Numbered from the stretch's first letter, positions 38,442 through 48,187 are shown. The stretch: DNA of 57,328 nt from Candidatus Parcubacteria bacterium (GCA_003599335.1 QZJN01000010.1:1-57328), one strand, 5' to 3'. Program-made: numbers and translations. The notes: generated from the sequence alone by a model not told the origin.

Positions 38442-39554
38442 TTACCCAAAAGTAAAAGTAAAGGCTTTTAGTCCTGGATCTTCTATAATAATTTCCAAAG
38501 TGTGTTCCCCTAAACCCGAAGAATCTTCGATTAATCTATATAGACCTTCCTCTTTAATAAAAACGGTTCCGTCTTGAACAACATCCTGACCAGCCACACT
38601 ACCAACTGGCTTTCCGTCTATCAAAACCCTTACCAGCACTCCATTTTCGGAGCTGGCCACAAAATAAACGTCTTGGGCTTTGTATTTAAAGATTATTTTT
38701 GATTGAGCAGAAGTATTTTGCGCGAATTCTTCGGCAACATCCCAATCTCCAACCAAATACAAAGTGTTTAGCTTAGTTTCTTTTGGCTGGCTTAATTTTT
38801 GAATACCAACAGATCCTCTTTGGCCATTACCCAAGTATTCGTTACGCAAAGCTCCAAAATAAACCTCGGGGCTTTGGACTAAAATATTTTCATCAACTCC
38901 CGCTGGTTTGCTTATGTCGCCGGCGATAGAGGCCTGTTCTCCCAACACTTTGGCTCGCTCGGCTAAAGCTTCCTGGATTTTCCGTTCGGTTTCTTCATAG
39001 GCCCCCTCGCCAATATGATCATAAATAATAAAGCCATCAATATCTATCAGATACTTACGGGGCCAATAGCGATTTTTGTAAGCTGTCCAGGTTGAATAAT
39101 CGTTGTCCAAAACAATCGGATATTTAATGGCAAATTTTTGTACTGCCCGCTGAACGTTTTCATATTTTTCTTCAAATTCAAACTCCGGAGTATGCACGCC
39201 GATTATAACCAGCCCTTTGTCTGAATATTTCTCGTGCCAGGCGTTAAGATACGGAATCGTTCGCTGACAATTTATGCAAGAATATGTCCAAAAATCAACC
39301 AGCACTACTTTTTTGCCTACCTGATCGGCAATTGAAATTTCATCAATATTTATAAAACCATCCGGCGTGGTTATCTCTTTGGCCGGTTCGTAACGTTTGG
39401 CTTTTTCGGTTTTGCTTAAAACAACCCCGGGGACAACCGAACCGGCATCTTGCCTGCCGACACGCGAAGCTTTTTGAGACTGTAGAAAAATTATCGTTCC
39501 TCCAATAATAACAATCACAACCCAAAGGATTGTTTTGCGAGCTTCAATTTTCAT
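38442..39554 (-). CDS. Membrane-anchored redoxin (DipZ C-terminal-like thioredoxin plus beta-sandwich)
   Basis: DFWTYSCINCQRT, GVHTPEF, NRYWP, SPEVYFG, AFTFTFG. Confidence 0.88.
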   Translation of the reverse strand: MKIEARKTILWVVIVIIGGTIIFLQSQKASRVGRQDAGSVVPGVVLSKTEKAKRYEPAKEITTPDGFINIDEISIADQVGKKVVLVDFWTYSCINCQRTIPYLNAWHEKYSDKGLVIIGVHTPEFEFEEKYENVQRAVQKFAIKYPIVLDNDYSTWTAYKNRYWPRKYLIDIDGFIIYDHIGEGAYEETERKIQEALAERAKVLGEQASIAGDISKPAGVDENILVQSPEVYFGALRNEYLGNGQRGSVGIQKLSQPKETKLNTLYLVGDWDVAEEFAQNTSAQSKIIFKYKAQDVYFVASSENGVLVRVLIDGKPVGSVAGQDVVQDGTVFIKEEGLYRLIEDSSGLGEHTLEIIIEDPGLKAFTFTFG

Positions 39555-40255
39555 TGCAGCAAAAATCTGTTTAGTATTTCAAAATTAGCTATGCGAGATA
39601 AATTTTGAGTGAAAATTAAAATTCCAAGCCCGATGAGAATTATTCCAAAAACAACGTTTACGTAAGAAAGTGCCTTGCCATAACGGGCAATAAATGTAGA
39701 GGCCGGAGCGGCAAAAAGCCCGACTACCAAAAACGGCAGCCCAAGCCCCAAAGAATAACTTACAAGCAAAGAAAATGCAGAACCAGGAGCTGTTGCCGCT
39801 AAACCCAAAATTCCTCCAAGCACAGCGCCAACGCAAGGCGTCCAGCCGGCCGCAAACGCAGCGCCAAACACAAATGATGTTAAATAACGGGAAGAAAATT
39901 TAGTCTTAACGGAAAGCTTATATTCTCTTTCCAAAAAAGGAAGCTTAATAAGCCCCACTAAGTAAAGACCGAAAAATATAATCAGCACTCCGCCGATTCG
40001 CGAAAGCCAGATCTGAACATCGTAAGCCACGGCTTCAAGTAATGAATTTAAAAGCACCCCTAAAGCAGAAAATACAGCCGAGAAACCGAGAACAAAAAAG
40101 ATGCTGTTTAGAAATATTTCTTTTCTTTTCCTTGCGGCTTCTTCAACGCTTGTACCGGCAAGGTAAGCCAAAAACCCCGGGATAATCGGCAAAATGCAGG
40201 GCGCAAGAAAAGATACAATGCCAGCGACAAAAGAAACACCTAAAGTAAACTCCAT
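39551..40255 (-). CDS. ccdA: CcdA/DsbD-family transmembrane electron transporter
   Basis: SFLAPCILP, GWTPCVG, YSLGLGLPF. Confidence 0.88.
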   Translation of the reverse strand: MEFTLGVSFVAGIVSFLAPCILPIIPGFLAYLAGTSVEEAARKRKEIFLNSIFFVLGFSAVFSALGVLLNSLLEAVAYDVQIWLSRIGGVLIIFFGLYLVGLIKLPFLEREYKLSVKTKFSSRYLTSFVFGAAFAAGWTPCVGAVLGGILGLAATAPGSAFSLLVSYSLGLGLPFLVVGLFAAPASTFIARYGKALSYVNVVFGIILIGLGILIFTQNLSRIANFEILNRFLLQ

Positions 40256-40264
40256 AACTAAATT

Positions 40265-40900
40265 TTATTGAGTAAGGACTTTGTTTATTTCCTCAAAATA
40301 TCTTGTTTTGCTCCAGCTTTCAGGAGATTTGAAAATTCTCTGGCCATTTTGAACAAAAACTTTCGTGTGCTGGTATGCAACTCCGTGCTGGCGAGCCAAG
40401 TCTTTTTCATCATTGTCGGTATCGCTGTCGTTGTAATTTACCCGAAAACCGACCACCTTGTCGGTTTTTAAATCGTTGAAAGCCGGATAAAGTGCTGTTG
40501 ATACCTCCGCCCGACAAATCGGACACCAGGTTGCATAGAAATAAAGCACAATAAGTTTATTGGAAGCTAAAGCTTTTTCGTAGTCAGCCTTGTTAAAATC
40601 TATGAGTGGCGCCATATTTCCTGCTATAACATTTCCCGAGAAAACGAGTTTTTCCATCATACTATCGGTCGCTTCAACGCCAGACATCGCTTCACCTTCT
40701 TTTTTCATCATTGTCTCGCCTTCTTTTTCGGCCATCATCTCACCCCCTTCTTTGTCCATCATTGCATTTTCTTCCCCAACCAATGCAGGAAAATCTTCGG
40801 CGCTGGGTCTAGCGCTTAAATACCAACCAACACCGCCGACTGCCACAACCGCCAAAACCATGATTATAACCAATGGCGCTATTCCTTTTTTGTAAGTCAT
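40265..40900 (-). CDS. Thioredoxin-like protein with a prepilin-like N-terminus and Met-rich linker
   Basis: YATWCPIC, VAYQHT; MTYKKG-IAP N-terminus. Confidence 0.8.
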   Translation of the reverse strand: MTYKKGIAPLVIIMVLAVVAVGGVGWYLSARPSAEDFPALVGEENAMMDKEGGEMMAEKEGETMMKKEGEAMSGVEATDSMMEKLVFSGNVIAGNMAPLIDFNKADYEKALASNKLIVLYFYATWCPICRAEVSTALYPAFNDLKTDKVVGFRVNYNDSDTDNDEKDLARQHGVAYQHTKVFVQNGQRIFKSPESWSKTRYFEEINKVLTQ

Positions 40901-40906
40901 TTTATT

Positions 40907-41812
40907 TTATTGAACAACAATCTGACCCCTTACTAAAGATTGCAGATGATCATGATACCCCCAACTGCCAACTTCGTTAAAAGTAAACGACCAGGAAGCT
41001 CCCGGAGCAATACCCATGCAGGCATCAAAAATCTTTGATTGTTCCGAAGTTCCGCATTTATCTATATCCGAACCGGGATAAACCTCGTGGGTTGGGTGCA
41101 ATCCGGTTGCCGGCCAGCGTTCTTTTGTGCCTCTGTTGGTAAATTGCACGGCATCACCCTTCTTGATCATGAGGGTTGATGGTATAAAACCCGCAGCCGT
41201 CATTTCAACCGTATGTGTTTTTCCTTTTTCCATCATCGCCCCGCTTTCTTTATTCATCATTGAATCGCCTTCTTTTTTCATCATCATTGATTCAGCGTCC
41301 AAAGCTTCAAATTGCTGCATTGGCAAATCGCCACAAGAAACGTAAGTGCTTACTTCGCTCGCAGATTTATGAACATTTATGGCTGAGGGCAACTCATCGC
41401 CAAGCTTGAGCAAAGAAATATCGAGTGTTGTTTCCGAACGTCCGTTAACAACATTATTTAATGGATATTTAACGGCTCCGGGCGTTGGGCAAGAACCGAT
41501 ATGAATATGGGCAGGTTGAGCAACCCCGACAGCTCCGGTTGAAACAACAAGAGTTACTTTGGTTTTTTGCCCATCAATGTCCGTTAAAACAGCTGTGCCT
41601 GTCTGACCAGAATTATTTTGTTCATTCATTACTACAACAACTTGGTTTTTCTTCATCATTGCATCCTCCTTTTTTTCCATCGCAACTTCCTGGCCCGGAG
41701 CCTGAAGAGACTTGCCTCTTTGTTTAACATAAAAAGTCGCGCCTCCGGCCAAAAGGCCCAGGGCTATAAGAAGAATTATTATGGGAGCAACTCCTTTTTT
41801 GTATGTAATCAT
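40907..41812 (-). CDS. Exported protein with a CHRD/SOD-like His domain, Met-rich linkers and a cupredoxin domain
   Basis: QPAHIHIGSC, AINVHKS...VSCG; GFIPSTLMIKKGDAVQFTN...WGYHDHL. Confidence 0.75.
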   Translation of the reverse strand: MITYKKGVAPIIILLIALGLLAGGATFYVKQRGKSLQAPGQEVAMEKKEDAMMKKNQVVVVMNEQNNSGQTGTAVLTDIDGQKTKVTLVVSTGAVGVAQPAHIHIGSCPTPGAVKYPLNNVVNGRSETTLDISLLKLGDELPSAINVHKSASEVSTYVSCGDLPMQQFEALDAESMMMKKEGDSMMNKESGAMMEKGKTHTVEMTAAGFIPSTLMIKKGDAVQFTNRGTKERWPATGLHPTHEVYPGSDIDKCGTSEQSKIFDACMGIAPGASWSFTFNEVGSWGYHDHLQSLVRGQIVVQ

Positions 41813-41869
41813 ATTTTGGTTTTTTAATTCTTAAATTATCAACTTTAATTTTACTTTGCCAAAAAGTTA

Positions 41870-41887
41870 TGTCAAGTTGACTTTACA
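41870..41887 (-). promoter_or_regulatory. Candidate operator overlapping the -35 of the cupredoxin/thioredoxin operon
   Basis: TGTCAA-N6-TTTACA within the inverted repeat 41864-41893; on the minus strand TTGACA-16-TAAAAT. Confidence 0.5.
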
Positions 41888-41901
41888 TAACTTGTGGATA
41901 T

Positions 41902-42264
41902 CTAATTTTTTATCTTGTTATAAGCGAGCGCAATTAGCTTACCGGCAATCATTGCAATTAGGGCAACCACAAGCCATAAATCAATCTTGTGCGATACGCT
42001 TTGAATAACAATACCCAAAACAAGCACAGCCGAACCAACAAGAAATCCAACCCTGCCTGCAATCATTAAATGCAACTGTTCGCGTTCGTCTTGTGCCTTT
42101 TCTCGCCAAATGAAACTCGCAAAGACAGCAAAAACAACCACAAGCGCTCCAACCGTCGCCATCAAAGCCTGATCTGGCATTTTGCCCGAAAATGTATCGA
42201 GTAAAAGCACCGAAAGAATTATCAGAATTAAAGCAACGATAATTTCACTAATAAAACCTTTCAT
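41902..42264 (-). CDS. Small membrane protein (DUF2178-like, DERE motif)
   Basis: Four TM helices with QDEREQ; downstream of an XRE regulator. Confidence 0.65.
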   Translation of the reverse strand: MKGFISEIIVALILIILSVLLLDTFSGKMPDQALMATVGALVVVFAVFASFIWREKAQDEREQLHLMIAGRVGFLVGSAVLVLGIVIQSVSHKIDLWLVVALIAMIAGKLIALAYNKIKN

Positions 42265-42269
42265 CTATA

Positions 42270-42479
42270 TCAAGTTAATTTGAACAAATCCTCTACCGAC
42301 TTTTTAAAAACCCTGGCAATTTTTAAAGCCAAAAGAACGGAGGGTGTATAATTTCCTCTTTCCAAAGCAATAATTGTCTGACGAGTAACACCAACGGCGT
42401 GCGCAAGGCCTTCTTGGGTAATGCCGGCCTTGGTGCGTACTTCATAAACTTTGTTTTTTACCACATCCGACTCGTGCAT
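42270..42479 (-). CDS. XRE-family HTH transcriptional regulator
   Basis: [31 protein letters not shown]. Confidence 0.92.
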   Translation of the reverse strand: MHESDVVKNKVYEVRTKAGITQEGLAHAVGVTRQTIIALERGNYTPSVLLALKIARVFKKSVEDLFKLT

Positions 42480-42508
42480 TGATTTTATGTTATCGCCTAT
42501 CTTGCAAA

Positions 42509-42526
42509 TGTCAACCCAACTTTACA
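42509..42526 (-). promoter_or_regulatory. Candidate autoregulatory operator of the XRE gene
   Basis: TGTCAACCCAACTTTACA, same pattern as 41870-41887, includes the minus-strand -35 TTGACA. Confidence 0.5.
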
Positions 42527-42567
42527 CAGAAAAGAGGCTGACAGAAATTTTTGTCAGCCCCTTTGAA

Positions 42568-43155
42568 CTACCGAACTTTGCCGGTTTTTTGGTAACGGCG
42601 CCAAACTTTGAGCCAATCCTGCTTGAAAATGGCAAGCATAACTTGGTCAAAGTAGCGCCCCTTCCTAAAATGGTGTTTGCGAAGTCTGCCTTCAATTTTG
42701 TAGCCGCATCGTAGCGAATAACGGATGCTGCGCTCGTTGAAAGCAATTGCCGCAGAGCAAACTTTGTGCATATTGAGCGTGTTGAAGGCATACTCAAGCA
42801 AAATCATCTTGGCGTCTGTGCCATAACCCTTACCCCAGTACTCCTTTTCACCGATCAAGGCTCCGGTTACAGCCACCCTATCTTTCCACTGTATGAAATT
42901 GAAACCCATCGTGCCGATAAATACTCCTTCGTGAGTTTCAATTCCAAAAACAACGTGGCTGTCGTTATCTTCCTTTGCAAGAGATTCAAGCCACTTTTCT
43001 TCGCGCTGTTCCATCACCGGCCAGTACGTTGCCACGTACTGGTTTACCTCTGGATCATTAATCCAGCGAAGCAAAGTCGGAATATCAGCTTTGCTTAGCG
43101 GCCTAAGGATCACTTTTTTACCCTTCAGAAACACCACCTTGTTTTCCTGCGACAT
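42568..43155 (-). CDS. GNAT N-acetyltransferase (RimJ/RimL-like)
   Basis: ILRPL, EYWGKGYGT, NERSIR...GYKIEGRLR; SD AAAGGAGG before the ATG at 43155. Confidence 0.88.
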   Translation of the reverse strand: MSQENKVVFLKGKKVILRPLSKADIPTLLRWINDPEVNQYVATYWPVMEQREEKWLESLAKEDNDSHVVFGIETHEGVFIGTMGFNFIQWKDRVAVTGALIGEKEYWGKGYGTDAKMILLEYAFNTLNMHKVCSAAIAFNERSIRYSLRCGYKIEGRLRKHHFRKGRYFDQVMLAIFKQDWLKVWRRYQKTGKVR

Positions 43156-43192
43156 TGTCGCCTCCTTTGTGAAAGAACAAACCGAGCCTGCC

Positions 43193-43359
43193 AAAAACTA
43201 AAATCGCCTTGGCGTTGACTCGCCAAGGCGATTTTTGCGATATCAAAAAGTAAATTAAGTATTACAAATACGCATATGCAAACATTGCCCAGGCAAACCA
43301 ATACCAAAAACCCAGAGGGTACCCGCAGAGAGCACCGGGGTTTGGTAACGAATATTCAT
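43193..43359 (-). promoter_or_regulatory. Putative leader peptide (43255-43359) plus 5'-UTR terminator (43201-43234)
   Basis: uORF MNIRYQTPVLSAGTLWVFGIGLPGQCLHMRICNT; perfect 14-bp stem AAATCGCCTTGGCG/CGCCAAGGCGATTT followed by TAGTTTTT. Confidence 0.55.
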
Positions 43360-43494
43360 TTTGTGCAACATTTCACATTGCATATTTTTGTAGCCCAAAG
43401 CATAACATAACAGCTAAATATTGACAATAGTTTAATTTTATGAGATAAAAAGTTTGGTTCCAAATTAACACAACGTCGCGATAAGGAGACATCC

Positions 43495-43977
43495 ATGAAA
43501 TGCTTTTTCTGCCATCGCGACATTGAAAGTGTTGTGATGGTCATTTTTGAGGGCTTTGCTCATAAAACATGCGCAATCAAGGCTGGCCGGTATTGTGAGA
43601 AACACGACGTACCAAAAACCAGCTTTCAAGAAAACACCTGCCACGCCTGCATCCGCTGCATCGACGAGGATGTAGTCAATCTAGAACTTCAAGACCGATC
43701 ATGCGTGAAGTTTCTTGAAGAGAATCTGCCTCGGCCGGAATTTAACGCTTTAATGCGCTGGGCAGAAGTGATAAGCAGAATAACTCACTCTGAACCAGAA
43801 ACTTCTGTTTTGCGCGGACTTGTAACAAGAGCGCACTACACCAACAAAAAAGTTTCAGAAGTCCTCACTGAACTCGCCTTTGCTCAAAGCATCACCAAAC
43901 TCATTCCGCCAGACCTGCAAGAAATCGTTGACGATCATTACAGAGGGCTTATGGCTCTCAAGGCTCCTTTCAACTGA
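43495..43977 (+). CDS. Hypothetical protein with a Cys/His-rich N-terminus
   Basis: CFFC, HKTC, CEKH, CHACIRC; SD TAAGGAG; downstream terminator. Confidence 0.65.
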   Translation: MKCFFCHRDIESVVMVIFEGFAHKTCAIKAGRYCEKHDVPKTSFQENTCHACIRCIDEDVVNLELQDRSCVKFLEENLPRPEFNALMRWAEVISRITHSEPETSVLRGLVTRAHYTNKKVSEVLTELAFAQSITKLIPPDLQEIVDDHYRGLMALKAPFN

Positions 43978-44034
43978 ACGCCGCGCCAAGAAGTTTTTGG
44001 TGCGGCGTCTTCTTTTTAAATCACTAATTAATAA

Positions 44035-44643
44035 CTATATCTTTCCGCCTTTAGCGTCCACGCTGTGCCATAAATAAAGCGAAGCTAAGGTGCGATAGGG
44101 TTTCCATTTTTCTGAAATTTCCTTAAGTTGTTTTGGAGCTGGCTCTTTTTTCATTTTATAAAGCCTTTGTATTGCCCGGCGAAGCCCCAAATCCCCCGGA
44201 GAAAAAACATCCGGCCGGGAAAGCGCAAACATTAAAAACATCTCAGCTGTCCATCGGCCAACGCCATGAATTCTCACAAGATGCTCAACCACTTCCTCGT
44301 CTGACCAATGACGTAATTTTTTAACATTGATAAATCCTTTATCAAAATGTCTGGCAACGTCTTTAATAAATTCAACTTTTGAACCAGACATGCCACAGCT
44401 TCGCAATTTTCGCGTAGGCATTTTTAGAACCGTCTTGGGAGTTGGGAACTTTTTGCCCGGAAATAAAGCTTCAAAACGTTTAACAATGGTAGCCGCAGCT
44501 TTGCTTGAAAGCTGTTGGTTGATAATTGCGGCAACTAAAAACTGAAAAAAGTTGCGATAGGGCTTTGGTATATTTATTTTCTGCTTTTTTATCAGCGTGC
44601 CAAGCCTTTTATCACGCGAAGCGAGGTATTTAGCCGGAGTCAT
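44035..44643 (-). CDS. DNA-3-methyladenine glycosylase II (AlkA-like HhH-GPD)
   Basis: IINQQLS, IHGVGRWTAEMFLMF, DLGLR, WKPYR. Confidence 0.9.
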   Translation of the reverse strand: MTPAKYLASRDKRLGTLIKKQKINIPKPYRNFFQFLVAAIINQQLSSKAAATIVKRFEALFPGKKFPTPKTVLKMPTRKLRSCGMSGSKVEFIKDVARHFDKGFINVKKLRHWSDEEVVEHLVRIHGVGRWTAEMFLMFALSRPDVFSPGDLGLRRAIQRLYKMKKEPAPKQLKEISEKWKPYRTLASLYLWHSVDAKGGKI

Positions 44644-46037
44644 TTATAACTTTCTTGATTAAGCAAAACTTGTTTTCGGGTAACCAGCTTATTTATAACC
44701 AGAAAAGATAAAAAACTAACAACTATTCCTGGTATAAACGCTTCTACTGGCGATATAAACAGAAATACTACGATGGTTAAAAAACCAAGAACCGCGCTCC
44801 AAAATGCCGCGGTCTCGGTTGCTCTTTTCCAATAAAAACCAAAAACAACCGCAGGCAATAAAGCAGCAAAGAAACTAATCGCGTCAATTGCCAAATGAAC
44901 AACATTAAAGACCGCTACCGCAATCACAACTGCAAGCGCCCCTAAGATGAAAGTTGTCCATCTGCTGGCTGACAAAACTTGCTTTGAGCTCAATTCATTA
45001 TTAAAGGTCTTTTGATAAAGGTCATGAACAAGTGTCATGCTCATAATTAATAACACCGTATCGGCAGAAGACATTATTGCTGCAAAAAATCCAGCAAGTA
45101 CAACGCCAAAAAAAACTGGTGGTAAATACAGCTTTAAAAGCTCTGGCACAATTGTATTTGCCGTGGCATCAGGAACAACGATTTTTCCGAAAACACCAAA
45201 TAATGTTCCCATAATAAGAAAGAGAAGCACAATTATTCCAGCGTATTTCATAACCCATCGTGCATTTTGGACACTATCAGCTGCGTACGAACGTTGCCAT
45301 AAATCAGCTGCAACTATATTACTTGCCCCTAAAAACAAGAAACCAAAAAGAAATACATACCAAGGAGCAAATTCCTGACCGCTAAGGAAAGAAAAAGGAA
45401 GCTGAGCAATAGCCTCAAAGCCCCCGCTCTTGTCTATAACCACTGGTAAAAAAATAAAAGTAAGTGAAAGCATGACAAGAAACTGAAAAACGTCGGTGCG
45501 AATATCAGCCCTGAGCCCACCAATGGTCGTATATGCAACAACGATTGCTCCACCAATAATTGTTGCTAAGTTTGGATCAACGCCCCCAATTATCGATACA
45601 AATATACCTATGCCTAGAATTTGTAAAGCAAGCCACAGTCCATAACTTATGAGGTTAAGCACGACACCAACTACCCTAGTTCGTTTAGAATACCTGTATT
45701 CAAGAAAATCTGGCATCGTATAAGCGCCGGTTGTATCACCAAATTCTTTAATTTTTGGAGCAAAATATTTCCCAAAAATAATAAATGCGACAAAAAAGGA
45801 ACTCAACAAAATAAGCGTCGCCAGTCCACCGCCAGAAAATGCCACGCCAGCATTACTTATTAGAGAACCAACTCCTAAAAACGTGGAAGTTATAGTCGCT
45901 ATAAGAAGGAATTTATTTGTTTTTCTACTATTAACCCAATAATCATCGATGGTAATTTTCTTACGTTCAAAAACACCGATAACAAAAATTATGATAAAAA
46001 ATATCGCAACTATAACAAAATCTATTGAAAGGCTCAT
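44640..46037 (-). CDS. Sodium:solute symporter family protein
   Basis: TMPDFLEYRY, YTTIGGLRADIRTDVFQ, WQRSYAA, AAIMSSAD. Confidence 0.9.
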   Translation of the reverse strand: MSLSIDFVIVAIFFIIIFVIGVFERKKITIDDYWVNSRKTNKFLLIATITSTFLGVGSLISNAGVAFSGGGLATLILLSSFFVAFIIFGKYFAPKIKEFGDTTGAYTMPDFLEYRYSKRTRVVGVVLNLISYGLWLALQILGIGIFVSIIGGVDPNLATIIGGAIVVAYTTIGGLRADIRTDVFQFLVMLSLTFIFLPVVIDKSGGFEAIAQLPFSFLSGQEFAPWYVFLFGFLFLGASNIVAADLWQRSYAADSVQNARWVMKYAGIIVLLFLIMGTLFGVFGKIVVPDATANTIVPELLKLYLPPVFFGVVLAGFFAAIMSSADTVLLIMSMTLVHDLYQKTFNNELSSKQVLSASRWTTFILGALAVVIAVAVFNVVHLAIDAISFFAALLPAVVFGFYWKRATETAAFWSAVLGFLTIVVFLFISPVEAFIPGIVVSFLSFLVINKLVTRKQVLLNQESYK

Positions 46038-46047
46038 GGGTATCTTA

Positions 46048-46122
46048 TGGTGGACCGGATGGGATTTGAACCCACGACCTCTTGTATGCCATACAAGCGC
46101 TCTGCCGCTGAGCTACCGGCCC
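46048..46122 (-). tRNA. tRNA-Ala (anticodon GGC)
   Basis: GGGCCGG/CCGGTCC acceptor with G3:U70; CTTGT-ATGGCAT-ACAAG; encoded CCA. Confidence 0.95.
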
Positions 46123-46139
46123 GTTGATGGCTTGCACTA

Positions 46140-46412
46140 TCAAATATTATCTTCCGGCCCTTCAATAGATTTTCCCTTTTTTGAAAAAACGTACAGATAC
46201 AAAATTTCAAGAATCCCGACTGTATTAATAACAAGCAAAGCAACAAACCATTCTTTTGAGCCTGATCTGGCGGCTTTCCATAAAGCAAGCCCTTTCCAAA
46301 CTAAAGACCAGATAAGTAAAGCCCAAAAGCCAAACCAGCCCCAAGGAGTAAACCAATTCATCATCCAGGGACCCATAAAGCCCTCTCCAAAATTTTGCCA
46401 ATAGTGCATCAT
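46140..46412 (-). CDS. DUF5652-like membrane protein
   Basis: WSLVWKGLALWKAAR...WFVALLVINTVGILEILYL. Confidence 0.8.
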   Translation of the reverse strand: MMHYWQNFGEGFMGPWMMNWFTPWGWFGFWALLIWSLVWKGLALWKAARSGSKEWFVALLVINTVGILEILYLYVFSKKGKSIEGPEDNI

Positions 46413-46558
46413 GCTTTAGTATTTAGTATTTTGTATTATGTATTTAAGAAACAACCTTTTGGTTTGCCAACCTTTTGTCTGTCGCGTATAGTTTAATTGA
46501 AAGAATAAAAATTGGCAATTAATCAGCCTGGGGGCTGATCCGCCTTGGGTGGACAACT

Positions 46559-46630
46559 CCCCCTGTAGCTCAATGGACAGAGCAGATCCGTCCTAAGGAT
46601 AAGATGGGGGTTCGATTCCTCCCGGGGGGA
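46559..46630 (+). tRNA. tRNA-Arg (anticodon CCT)
   Basis: CCCCCTG/CGGGGGG acceptor; anticodon loop GTCCTAA. Confidence 0.92.
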
Positions 46631-46652
46631 CAAGAATGTTAAAATTTAATCA

Positions 46653-47009
46653 ATGAAAGATAATCTTTACTTTCAGATTTTTAAGCAATTAATTCCTGTT
46701 TTCTTTGGACTTTTATTTGGATCTTTTCTTTGGCAAAACAACTTACTTCTTACACTGGTTTTTGTGGGAATAATTGCCGCTATGCTCCTTATTGAACATT
46801 ATCCAGGAGATATTATTGCTTTATTGCTCGGGATTATAATGGGCTTCATCATAGAAATTATAGGCACCTCGGTTGTAGGATACCAAAGTTTTACAAATCC
46901 AGACTTTCTTGGTATTCCCATGTGGCTGCCTTTCGCTTGGGGTTATGCTCTAATGGTAATGAAACGCATTGGTGTTATCATTTATGAAAATCACAAACAC
47001 ATTATATGA
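46653..47009 (+). CDS. Small integral membrane protein (DUF2878-like)
   Basis: Four hydrophobic segments; GIPMWLPFAWG. Confidence 0.65.
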   Translation: MKDNLYFQIFKQLIPVFFGLLFGSFLWQNNLLLTLVFVGIIAAMLLIEHYPGDIIALLLGIIMGFIIEIIGTSVVGYQSFTNPDFLGIPMWLPFAWGYALMVMKRIGVIIYENHKHII

Positions 47010-48052
47010 AAGAACAATCTCCAATTATTGAAACCATAAAAAAAGTGATGCCAGCTGTTGTGAGCGTTATGATTTCCAAGCATCTTTCCGAGCAAGATTT
47101 GGAACAAATTATTGCTTATGGTAAATCCTTTGGCCTGCCTTTTGGAATGAAAGAGTTAAAATCTTTGCAAGGAAAAAGAGTCCGTGTCGGCGGGGGCTCT
47201 GGATTTTTTGTTTCTCCCGATGGGCTGATTTTAACTAACAAACACGTTGTTGCCGACCCCGATGCGGAATACGCGATAACAACAACCGATCATAAACGTT
47301 TCAAGGGTTTAGTTTTAGCCCGCGATCCAATTAACGACGTCGCCATTTTAAAAATCCAAGACGCAAATCAACAATTTCCGTATCTTGAACTTGGCAACTC
47401 TACCGACCTTGAACTTGGCCAAACTGTTGTTGCTGTTGGCAATGCCTTGGGAGAATTTCAAAATACGGTTTCAACCGGAATTGTTTCTGGCCTTTCGCGC
47501 TACATTATGGCTCAAGATTCTGCAACCGGACACGAACAAAAATTACGTGGCTTGATCCAAACCGATGCTGCCATAAACCCTGGGAATTCTGGCGGGCCGC
47601 TGACAGACTTGGAAGCAAAAGTTATCGGCATTAACACCGCTGTAATTTTTGGGGCTCAAAATATCGGTTTTGCCATACCTGTTAACACTGCTAAAAAAGA
47701 CTTGGAATCGGTAAAGCAATTTGGCAGATTGAGGGTGCCATTTTTTGGAGTTCGTCACATAACAATCACTCCGGCCATTCAAAAAGAATTTAAGCTGCCA
47801 ATAAGCAGCGGTGCATTTGTAATATCCGAACACGTGCCCGGAGATTTTGCGGTTGTACCAGATTCCCCCGCAGAGCGAGCCGGCGTTGAGGAAGGCGATG
47901 TTATTTTGGAATTTAACGGCCAAAAAATAAGCAAAGAAAACCCCTTGGAATATTGCCTTGCACAATGTGATGTAAATCAACAGGTTAATTTAAAAATCTG
48001 GCACGCCGGGCAAGAAAAAGTTGTTACGGCAGTACTTACTGAAAGGAAATAA
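47006..48052 (+). CDS. HtrA/DegP-family serine protease with a PDZ domain
   Basis: GSGF, TNKHVV, DVAILK, IQTDAAINPGNSGGPL, SPAERAG. Confidence 0.95.
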   Translation: MKEQSPIIETIKKVMPAVVSVMISKHLSEQDLEQIIAYGKSFGLPFGMKELKSLQGKRVRVGGGSGFFVSPDGLILTNKHVVADPDAEYAITTTDHKRFKGLVLARDPINDVAILKIQDANQQFPYLELGNSTDLELGQTVVAVGNALGEFQNTVSTGIVSGLSRYIMAQDSATGHEQKLRGLIQTDAAINPGNSGGPLTDLEAKVIGINTAVIFGAQNIGFAIPVNTAKKDLESVKQFGRLRVPFFGVRHITITPAIQKEFKLPISSGAFVISEHVPGDFAVVPDSPAERAGVEEGDVILEFNGQKISKENPLEYCLAQCDVNQQVNLKIWHAGQEKVVTAVLTERK

Positions 48053-48083
48053 GAATTTAGAATAAGGGATTAGGAACAAAAAC

Positions 48084-48115
48084 CGCAAGTTAATACATAT
48101 TAACTTGCGATTTTT
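48084..48115 (+). terminator. Terminator after the HtrA gene
   Basis: CGCAAGTTAATA-CA-TATTAACTTGCG followed by ATTTTT. Confidence 0.65.
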
Positions 48116-48187
48116 AGTTTGTATCAATTCTTGATTATGTAAAAGACATTTGTTATACCATAGGCAGCCTGAAAGGAGGTGTTCATC

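Noticed and set aside
46522-46553. REP-like tandem hairpins upstream of tRNA-Arg(CCT)
   Set aside because: Only one copy is visible in the window, so a repeat family cannot be supported.
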